This document shows positions 57,312 to 64,000 of a DNA stretch of 64,000 nt, in pieces. The notes under the pieces are model-generated. The model had not been told where the DNA came from. It ran no database searches and saw nothing but the letters and a program-made list of their open reading frames with translations. The stretch spans positions 2,897 through 66,896 of the forward strand of contig JBOHRE010000005.1 in assembly GCA_050732635.1 (NCBI GenBank). Direction: 5' to 3'. The stretch comes from Longimicrobiales bacterium (lineage in GTDB: Bacteria; Gemmatimonadota; Gemmatimonadetes; Longimicrobiales; RSA9). The first letter of the stretch is position 1; each line of letters starts with the position of its first letter. A program made the position numbers and the translations under genes.

Positions 57312-58093
57312 CCCGTGAGGCGCTGCTGCGCCTGCTACAGGCGGTGTCCAGCGGCGCGCTGACGCCCGGAGCAGCGGTCGAGAGGCTCGCCTGGCTACCG
57401 ATCGAGGAGGTGGGCGATGACAGCATCGACGCGGCCATCGCCCGCATCGACCATCACCGCGCGCTCCGGCTCGGCCATCCGGAGGTGGTCTACTGCCCGG
57501 GGAAGCAGCCCGAGCACGTAGTCGAGATCTGCCGCCGGCTGGCGGCCCAGGCAGGTTTCCTGGCCACGCGCGCGGATCAGGCGACGCGTGGGCTCCTGGC
57601 CGACGCGTTCCCCGATGCCGAGGTGAACCCGATCGCGCACACGGTGCACCTGCGGGGACCGGAGCGCGCGACTCCGCCCGTACGCGGCCCGGTCCTGGTG
57701 CTCAGCGCGGGAACGGCCGATGGGGCCGTGGCCGAGGAGGCAGCGGTCACCGCCGCAGCACTCGGCAACCCCGTCGAGCGCCTCTATGACGTCGGTGTGG
57801 CCGGCATCCACAGACTGCTGTCGCAGACTCCGGCGCTGCGGCGTGCGGCCGTGGCCATCGTGGTCGCGGGCATGGAGGGCGCGTTGCCGTCGGTCGTGGG
57901 CGGGCTCGTGGCGTGTCCGGTGATCGCAGTGCCGACGAGCGTGGGTTACGGTGCGAGCTTCGGCGGCGTAACCGCGCTCCTGTCGATGCTCACGAGCTGT
58001 GCCGCCGGGATCACCGTGGTCAACATCGACAATGGATTCGGCGCGGCCTTCGCCGCCTCTCGGATCAACCAGTTCTCGCTGATCGCGGATTGA
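57308..58093 (+). CDS. larB: Nickel-pincer cofactor biosynthesis protein LarB (PurE-like AIR carboxylase family)
   Basis: Start trimmed to the GTG overlapping the dusB stop (GTGA). SAGTADGAVAEEA and VVAGMEGALPSVVGGLV...VIAVPTSVGYGASFGG match LarB. 261 aa. Confidence 0.85.
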   Translation: MTREALLRLLQAVSSGALTPGAAVERLAWLPIEEVGDDSIDAAIARIDHHRALRLGHPEVVYCPGKQPEHVVEICRRLAAQAGFLATRADQATRGLLADAFPDAEVNPIAHTVHLRGPERATPPVRGPVLVLSAGTADGAVAEEAAVTAAALGNPVERLYDVGVAGIHRLLSQTPALRRAAVAIVVAGMEGALPSVVGGLVACPVIAVPTSVGYGASFGGVTALLSMLTSCAAGITVVNIDNGFGAAFAASRINQFSLIAD

Positions 58094-59754
58094 TGCGCCA
58101 GACGGTCAGGGGCGCCATGCCCGCGCGCGCACGCACGGCCGTGCTCGGCGTCATGGCGCTGCTGCTGCTCGCGCTCCTGCCCACACTGCCGCGCGCGGCG
58201 CTCGCTCCGGCTGGGGCCTTGCTGGCACTGGCCGTCGTCGCGTTGGTTGCGTGGCAGCGGCGCGACGGCGACGCCGAAGCTGTCGCTGCTGGGGATCCCG
58301 GAGCGGGTGGCGAGCCGCTGCCGCGCAGTCACCGTTCCGAGATCACCGAGCTGCTCGACCAGCTGCGTGAACGGACCGGCGCCACGCGCATCGTGCTGTG
58401 GTCCATCGACCCCGAGCGCGAGCGCGCGTATGCGTTCGCGGTATCGGGCGCGGAGGCACCGCCCTGGCTGCCTCTCGCCGCCACACCGCTGTTCTGGGCG
58501 TGGCAGGAATCCATGGCGCTGCGCCTCGACCGGGTTCCCGGATGGGCGCTGGATCATGCACAGGTGCTGGCCCTGCCGGTCGACAGTGAGGCGTATCAGC
58601 CCGGTCTGTTGACACTCGAGCTCATCGACCGGTTGCCGCCGGAACTCGACGGCTTGGCCGGCGACGCCGTGTTGCTCCGCTCGGTACTACACGCGCAGCG
58701 ACGCGAGCTGCAGGCGTTGACCGACCGCGACCGGTACCAGCGCTTGATGCACATGCTGGGCACCCTCGTCTCCGAGCTGGATGCCGAGGATGGCAGCTTC
58801 GCGCCCAGGTTTGCCGAGGCGGCGATCCAGTTGCTGAGCGCGACCGGCGCGACGATCGCGCACTGGGAGGACAAGGCGGCGCAGGGCGTGGTGCTGGCGA
58901 CAGCCGGCGGCGATGGCGGACCCCCGACCGGCACGGTCTTCGGCGCCGAGGACTGCGAGCTCGGCCGCGTCGCACGAACCGAGATGTTCCTGCTCATCGA
59001 ATCGATCGCGCGGCCGCTGCAGTCGCCGCTCGCAGCTGCGTCCGAGCGCTGGATCGCCTGGCCTCGCGCCCTGGTCGCGGTGCCGCTCACCAAGCAGAAA
59101 GAAGGAGTCGTCGGCGTGCTCGCAGTGTGGAGCAGCGAGATGGCGCAATTCGAGCCCGAGGCACTCGCTGCGCTCCGCTCGATTGTACCCTTCGTCGGCC
59201 TGCACCTCCATCAGACACTCGAAACCGATAACCTGCGCAGAAATGCGCTGCGCGATGCGCTGACTGGCCTCCACAATCGTGAAGGCTTCGAGCATCATTT
59301 CAAGCGTGAACTCTCCAGCTTCGACCGCTACGCCAGGCCCTTCGCGCTGCTCATCCTCGACCTGGACCACTTCAAGCAGGTCAATGACCAGCTCGGTCAT
59401 GAAGCCGGCGACGAAGTCCTGCGCCATGTCGGCCGCGCCATCGCGGATGCGGTGCGTGAGAGCGATGTCGCCGCGCGCTATGGTGGTGAGGAATTCGTCG
59501 TCCTCATGCGCGAAACGCACGCCGCCCAAGCCGCCGACGCAGCCGAGCGGCTGCGGCGTACGATCGAGCGCCTGGTCATCGAGTGGCAGGGCCGTGTGAT
59601 CCCGATCCGCGCATCGCTGGGCGTGGCCGCATGCCCCGAATCGGTCGATTCACCGAAGCGTCTCTTCGCCACCGCCGACGCGGCGCTCTACGCGTCGAAG
59701 GCGAGCGGTCGGAACCGGATCACGGTGGCGCCGCCCGTCACGGTCGATGTCTGA
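58093..59754 (+). CDS. Membrane-anchored GAF-like sensor diguanylate cyclase (GGDEF)
   Basis: Start trimmed to MRQTVRGAMPARAR (TGATG junction). Two N-terminal TM segments. Active site RYGGEEFVV with an RESD I-site 5 residues upstream. 553 aa. Confidence 0.85.
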   Translation: MRQTVRGAMPARARTAVLGVMALLLLALLPTLPRAALAPAGALLALAVVALVAWQRRDGDAEAVAAGDPGAGGEPLPRSHRSEITELLDQLRERTGATRIVLWSIDPERERAYAFAVSGAEAPPWLPLAATPLFWAWQESMALRLDRVPGWALDHAQVLALPVDSEAYQPGLLTLELIDRLPPELDGLAGDAVLLRSVLHAQRRELQALTDRDRYQRLMHMLGTLVSELDAEDGSFAPRFAEAAIQLLSATGATIAHWEDKAAQGVVLATAGGDGGPPTGTVFGAEDCELGRVARTEMFLLIESIARPLQSPLAAASERWIAWPRALVAVPLTKQKEGVVGVLAVWSSEMAQFEPEALAALRSIVPFVGLHLHQTLETDNLRRNALRDALTGLHNREGFEHHFKRELSSFDRYARPFALLILDLDHFKQVNDQLGHEAGDEVLRHVGRAIADAVRESDVAARYGGEEFVVLMRETHAAQAADAAERLRRTIERLVIEWQGRVIPIRASLGVAACPESVDSPKRLFATADAALYASKASGRNRITVAPPVTVDV

Positions 59755-59803
59755 CCCGGCTGCTGGACCAGGCCTAGGGAGGCATCTACCGCCGGCGCAG
59801 GTG

Positions 59804-59833
59804 TTGACGCGTAAGCTGTTGTGTGGTTAGCTT
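59804..59833 (+). promoter_or_regulatory. Promoter TTGACG-N18-TAGCTT upstream of ssrA
   Basis: TTGACG at 59804-59809 and TAGCTT at 59828-59833. The tmRNA 5' end is 11 nt after the -10. Confidence 0.4.
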
Positions 59834-59843
59834 TTCAGGTATC

Positions 59844-60198
59844 GGGGCCGATACGGTTTCGACGTGTTTCGTGAGGTCGTTGCTGCGTGCCGGGGTTCCG
59901 TGACCTCGTTATCAACGCGGAACATTCTCAAGTGCCAATTCTAACCTGGCGCTGGCTGCGTAAGTAATTACGTAGCCCGTCCTGAGCTGCACCGGGCCCG
60001 AGGTGAGGCTCAGGACGTCGACTGAATCGGGCTGGCTCTTCGGCCGCGTCACCGTGCCGGGAGCGAGATGACAGGTGGCTGGTTCGCGAGGGGCCGTTCG
60101 CTGGCCGCCGAGCGGATGAGATTCCAAACAGCGGACTACGCACGTAGACGCAGCGATGGATCGATCCACGGACGCGGGTTCGACTCCCGCCGGCTCCA
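59844..60198 (+). ncRNA. ssrA: tmRNA (SsrA)
   Basis: 5' GGGGCCGATACGGTTTCGACG and 3' GGACGCGGGTTCGACTCCCGCCGGCTCCA form the tRNA-Ala-like domain with a G3:U pair. The internal tag frame at 59919-59963 ends ...AAC CTG GCG CTG GCT GCG TAA, giving an inferred tag (A)GTFSSANSNLALAA. Confidence 0.95.
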
Positions 60199-60228
60199 TG
60201 TCGAGCGTAGCGCTCGATGCAGTAGAGA

Positions 60229-60270
60229 AACGGCAGTGTGACGCAATGCCTGCGACGCACTGCCGTTTTG
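60229..60270 (+). terminator. Intrinsic terminator after ssrA
   Basis: AACGGCAGTG...CACTGCCGTT long hairpin (extended with two mismatches) followed by TTg. Confidence 0.7.
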
Positions 60271-60394
60271 CGTGGACGCGAGCAGTTCGGAGCAGTGTTG
60301 CGGCGAGCTTTGCCGCGCTCGCATCTTGCACCGGGCCAGACCTTCACAGCCACTTCAGGTCGGGGCGGTCCGAAGCTTTGGGCAGGTAGCAGCT

Positions 60395-61711
60395 ATGACA
60401 GAATCCACCACGTTGAATAGCGCCGCGTCGGCGCCCGCGGACGCCGCGCTGGCAGCCGAGGATGCGCGGGTGAGCTCGCGCGAGGCACTGCGCTTCCTGA
60501 CGCGCGCCGGACGCGCGCTGGCGGGCTCGCTCGACTACGACGAAACGCTCAGGCGGGTGGTGAAGTTCGCGATTCCTCGCGTCGCGTGCTTTGCCGCGAT
60601 CGATCTGCTGCGGCCCGACGGGCGCCTCGAACGCAGGGCCTTCGGCCACATCGACCCCGCGAAGCAGGCGCTGCTGGAAGCGCCCGAGCCCTTTCTGCCC
60701 CGAGCCGCTGGCTACCTGCCGATCGCCGCAGTGCTGGAGGAAGGTCGGGCGCTACTGATCGAGAAGGTCGCGCAGCTCGACGCGGTGGACGGTTCCGGTG
60801 AGGCCGACATCGTGCTGATGCAGCGACTCCGACAACTGGGCGGCCAGTCCGTGATCGTCGTGCCGCTGTCGGCACGCCAGGAGCGGATCGGCGTGATCGC
60901 GTTCGGCTCGACGCGTACCGACCGCTTCTACGGTCCGGCGGACCTCGCCCTGGCGCAGGAGCTGGCACGCACAGCAGGGCTCGCCATCGACAACGCTCGC
61001 CTGTTCCGCGACGCCGAGCACGCGATCCGCGCCCGGGACGAAGTGCTCTCGGTCGTCTCGCATGACCTGCGTAATCCCGTCCATCGGGTGAGCCTGGCGG
61101 CGGAGCTGCTGCTGGACGGAGACCAGGTCGCCGCCGCGGCGCGGTCCACGGTCGCAATCATCCGGCGCGCCGCCGACGAGATGGATCACCTGATTCGCGA
61201 CCTGCTGGATGTCAGCCGCATCGAGACGGGCACGCTGACCCTCTCGACCGGGCCGGTCGACGTTGGCCAGCTACTGGTGCAGCTCGAGGAGGAGTTCAGG
61301 CCCCTGGCCGAGAAGCACGGTGTCGACTGGAGCGCCGAGATTCCCGAAGGTGCACCGACGATCGAGATCGACGATCATCGCGTGCGCCAGGCGCTGGGCA
61401 ACCTGATCGGCAATGCGTTCAAGTTCACGCCGCGCGATGGCTCCGTCAGGCTCGTTTGCGCGCAGCTCCCTGATCGCGCTATCGAAATCGCCGTGCGCGA
61501 TACCGGCCCCGGGATGACCGCCGAGCAGCGCGCGCACGTCTTCGATCGCTTCTGGCAGGCCGAGCCCGGCGATCGCCGGGGCGCCGGGGTCGGTCTCTCC
61601 ATCGCGCGCGGCATCGCCGACGCTCATGGCGGCGACCTGCGCGTCGAGAGCGAGCCCGGCGCCGGCAGCGTCTTCACACTGCGACTACCCGCGAGGCCGG
61701 CCGACCGCTGA
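60395..61711 (+). CDS. GAF-domain sensor histidine kinase (orphan)
   Basis: Start trimmed to MTESTTLNSAAS. HisKA H-box VVSHDLRNPV. HATPase N/G boxes (GNLIGNAFKFT, DTGPGM, GAGVGLSIA). 438 aa. No adjacent response regulator. Confidence 0.85.
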   Translation: MTESTTLNSAASAPADAALAAEDARVSSREALRFLTRAGRALAGSLDYDETLRRVVKFAIPRVACFAAIDLLRPDGRLERRAFGHIDPAKQALLEAPEPFLPRAAGYLPIAAVLEEGRALLIEKVAQLDAVDGSGEADIVLMQRLRQLGGQSVIVVPLSARQERIGVIAFGSTRTDRFYGPADLALAQELARTAGLAIDNARLFRDAEHAIRARDEVLSVVSHDLRNPVHRVSLAAELLLDGDQVAAAARSTVAIIRRAADEMDHLIRDLLDVSRIETGTLTLSTGPVDVGQLLVQLEEEFRPLAEKHGVDWSAEIPEGAPTIEIDDHRVRQALGNLIGNAFKFTPRDGSVRLVCAQLPDRAIEIAVRDTGPGMTAEQRAHVFDRFWQAEPGDRRGAGVGLSIARGIADAHGGDLRVESEPGAGSVFTLRLPARPADR

Positions 61712-61738
61712 GCCGTTCACGGCCGAGTCCCGCCCGGC

Positions 61739-62755
61739 TCATTCGAAGACATCGACGCGGATGTTCGGTTTGTACTTGTCGGGATTCTGCCGGATGTCGA
61801 GGATCAGCGTCTGCAGATCGACGACGGCTTTCAGGAGCTGATCGTAGAGTCCCGGATCAGCGACCAGCCGCTGCAGCGTGCCATCGCCGTCGTTCACCCG
61901 CGCCAAGAGTGCGCTCGCATTGACGAGTGCCGAGTCGAGACCCGCGACCGTGCCGAGCGCCTGATCGTAGAGCGCGTCGTCGCGCAGCATGCGACCAATC
62001 GTGCCATCGGCATGGAGCGCCTCGTTGGTGAGCGTGTCGAGCCGAGCGATCGTCATGCTGGTGCGTTCGTACAACACCGGATCGTGGATCAGTCGACCCA
62101 GCGTGCCATCGGAGCGGTTCATGCTCTGCAGCAGCAATGCCAGCTCACCGGTGACACCAGCGAGCCGCTGGTACAGGACGTCGTCCACGACGAGCTGACC
62201 CAGGGTCCCTTCGCCCCGCGTGATGGCGGCCGTGATGCCCCGGACCTCCTCAATCACCGCCTGCGCTTCGACCATGGTGGTCGCAGCGGTGGCGAGCACC
62301 GACTCGAGATCGACCACCTCGGCGCTGGGCAGGGTATCGCCGGAGGCGAGCACCGGCATGGTCGGGCTGCCCGGCGCGATGTCGATGTACTTGTCGCCCA
62401 ACAGTCCTTGCGAGCGGATAAAAGCGCGTGAGTCAGAACGGATCTGCTCACGCACGGCCTCATCCACCGAGACATGGATGCTGACGTTGTTCGCACCGCG
62501 CGGTCGGGTGACCGGGATGAACTCGACCGCTGCGACCTGGCCGACGAGCTGGCCGGCGAGGGTCACCTGCGCGCCTTCACGCAGGCCCGCCGCGCTCGGT
62601 GCCAGCGTGACCAGCGTATACTGTGAGGCGAACACGTTGAAGATCTTGCCCACCTGATAGACGGCCAGACTGATCAGCGTCAAACCGACGACCAGCAGCG
62701 CGACGACCCGCAGCTGGCGCCCGAAACCGCGATCCCGTTTCACCGGCGTCGGCAT
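61739..62755 (-). CDS. mlaD: MlaD/MCE-family substrate-binding protein with C-terminal repeats
   Basis: 338 aa. N-terminal TM anchor, MCE domain (LREGAQVTLAGQLVGQVAAVEF), then four (D/E)GT(L/I)GxLxxDxxLYxxL repeats. Confidence 0.85.
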   Translation of the reverse strand: MPTPVKRDRGFGRQLRVVALLVVGLTLISLAVYQVGKIFNVFASQYTLVTLAPSAAGLREGAQVTLAGQLVGQVAAVEFIPVTRPRGANNVSIHVSVDEAVREQIRSDSRAFIRSQGLLGDKYIDIAPGSPTMPVLASGDTLPSAEVVDLESVLATAATTMVEAQAVIEEVRGITAAITRGEGTLGQLVVDDVLYQRLAGVTGELALLLQSMNRSDGTLGRLIHDPVLYERTSMTIARLDTLTNEALHADGTIGRMLRDDALYDQALGTVAGLDSALVNASALLARVNDGDGTLQRLVADPGLYDQLLKAVVDLQTLILDIRQNPDKYKPNIRVDVFE

Positions 62756-62759
62756 GGAT

Positions 62760-63575
62760 TCAGCTCAGGAAGGCGTTGATGTACGGGTCATCCGCGGCGA
62801 CCATCTCCTCGGGTGTGCCCTCGAACCCGACCTTTCCGTCTCGCAGCAAGTTCACCCGCGTCGCGACCCGGAATCCCGCACGAATATCGTGGCTGACCAA
62901 CAGCGACGTCACACCCAGCTCGCTCTGAAGCTTCTTGATCAGTGCATTGATGGTGCCGACGGTGAGCGGGTCGAGACCGGCGGTCGGCTCATCGTAGAGT
63001 ACGATCTCCGGATCCGTCGCGATCGCTCGCGCAATGCCGACCCGCTTGCGCATGCCACCGGAGAGCGCGCTCGGCAGCTGGTTGATCACCTGATCCGGGT
63101 CCAGATCGACAAAGTCGAGCCGCTCGCGCACGATACGCTCGATCTCGGGCTCGTCGAACATGGTGTTCTCGCGCAGCGGGTACGCCACGTTGTCGTAGAT
63201 GGTCAATGAGTCGAACAACGCCGCGGTCTGAAAGACCATACCAATGCGCCTGCGCATGTCCAGCGCCTCGGCGAACGTCAGCTGCGTGATCTCGTGGCCG
63301 AAGACGCGGATGCGGCCCTCGTCCGGCAGCAGCTGGCGTAGAATCAGCTTGAGAATCGTCGACTTGCCGGTCCCCGACTCGCCGACCACGAGCAGGGTTT
63401 CGCCCTGATGCGCGCGCAGCGTCACGCCGCGGAGAATGGGCTGCTCGAAGGTCAGCCAGACGTTCTCGAGCGCGATGACCTCGGCGCCCTGCGCCGTGCG
63501 CGGGCCATGCTCGACCGCGTCCTGCCGGAGCTCATCACGGATCGCTCGGATCTGCTCCTCCCGCTGCGCGCTCAT
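62760..63575 (-). CDS. mlaF: ABC transporter ATP-binding protein, MlaF-like
   Basis: 271 aa. Walker A GESGTGKST, signature LSGGMRKRV, Walker B IVLYDEP. Confidence 0.9.
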   Translation of the reverse strand: MSAQREEQIRAIRDELRQDAVEHGPRTAQGAEVIALENVWLTFEQPILRGVTLRAHQGETLLVVGESGTGKSTILKLILRQLLPDEGRIRVFGHEITQLTFAEALDMRRRIGMVFQTAALFDSLTIYDNVAYPLRENTMFDEPEIERIVRERLDFVDLDPDQVINQLPSALSGGMRKRVGIARAIATDPEIVLYDEPTAGLDPLTVGTINALIKKLQSELGVTSLLVSHDIRAGFRVATRVNLLRDGKVGFEGTPEEMVAADDPYINAFLS

Positions 63576-64000
63576 AGGGGCGGCAATGCGACGAGGAGGA
63601 ACTGCGTGATGAAGTAGTCCACGGCCAGGATCAGCACCGAGGCCGTGACCACGGCCCGGGTCGTGGATTCGCCGACGCCCTCCGTGCCGCCGCTCGTGCG
63701 CAGCCCGAAATGCGAGCCGGTCAGCGCGATGATGGCGCCGAAGACGAGCGGCTTGAAGAGGCCCTCCACGAAGTCACGCGGGAAGAAGCCGAGCACGAAA
63801 CCCGAGAGGGCAATCGTGTTCCACACGCTGCGCATGTACATGTCGGCCGGGATCTGGACCTTGAACACGGCGACGATCAGACCGCCGATGATGCCGACGA
63901 CGTCGGCGACGACGGTCAACAGCGGCATCATCAGCGTGGCCGCGATCAGGCGCGGCGTCACCAGCTTCTTGATCGGATCCGTGCCGAAGCTCTGCAGCGC
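63572..64000 (-). CDS. mlaE: ABC transporter permease, MlaE-like (5' end outside window)
   Basis: The frame is open from 63572 to the window edge (143 codons). Hydrophobic MlaE C-terminal region (...PRLIAATLMMPLLTVVADVVGIIGG...). Overlaps the mlaF start. Confidence 0.85.
   Translation of the reverse strand, partial: ALQSFGTDPIKKLVTPRLIAATLMMPLLTVVADVVGIIGGLIVAVFKVQIPADMYMRSVWNTIALSGFVLGFFPRDFVEGLFKPLVFGAIIALTGSHFGLRTSGGTEGVGESTTRAVVTASVLILAVDYFITQFLLVALPPL

Noticed and set aside
60199-61711. Genomic island or integrative element at the ssrA 3' end or next to the tRNA genes
   Set aside because: No integrase, recombinase, or repeat of the tRNA or tmRNA 3' end is visible. Downstream genes have native-looking composition.

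Overview
High-GC (roughly 68-70% by eye) bacterial chromosomal segment. It is almost entirely core metabolism and information-processing genes, packed very tightly with many 4-nt start/stop overlaps. The gene content (RNase Y, full-length HprK, a CarboxypepD_reg-type TonB receptor, a FlgD-Ig/T9SS-like sorting domain, split transketolase) suggests a Gemmatimonadota-like or FCB-related organism; I cannot verify this without a database search. I call 61 CDS, 3 tRNAs (Gly-GCC, Cys-GCA, Leu-TAA), one tmRNA, several intrinsic terminators and a few promoter-like elements. Many ORF-track starts were trimmed to the start that fits the homologous N-terminus, the RBS and the upstream stop. I saw no CRISPR array, transposase, integrase, prophage or recognisable defence system, and the many long antisense ORFs look like high-GC artefacts. 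The most unusual part is 12.4-16.6 kb. It holds an uncharacterised internally duplicated helical protein followed by two tandem paralogous outer-membrane proteins built like OmpA (signal peptide, small beta-barrel, poly-Pro hinge), but with a conserved ~170-aa periplasmic domain I cannot assign to any family. Each of the three genes is preceded by a sigma-54-type -24/-12 element. Secondary observations: (1) a propionyl-CoA carboxylase alpha subunit that appears split, with an rRNA methyltransferase gene sitting between the halves; (2) a G-quadruplex motif on the accC ribosome-binding region; (3) a 26-gene, 24.8-kb co-directional array with no gap above 43 nt, which includes an hpf-hprK-mannose-family PTS-ptsH-ptsI block and a rib operon with no room for an FMN riboswitch; (4) a low-GC pocket holding a cargo-less sorting-domain mini-protein and ptsN; (5) a recurrent TTGACC-N17-TAGCTT promoter motif in front of stable-RNA genes and rpsA; (6) apparently leaderless recN and dusB; (7) an orphan selB; (8) a dusB-larB-diguanylate cyclase operon. 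Overall this is a mostly ordinary core region, and the interest scores are set accordingly.
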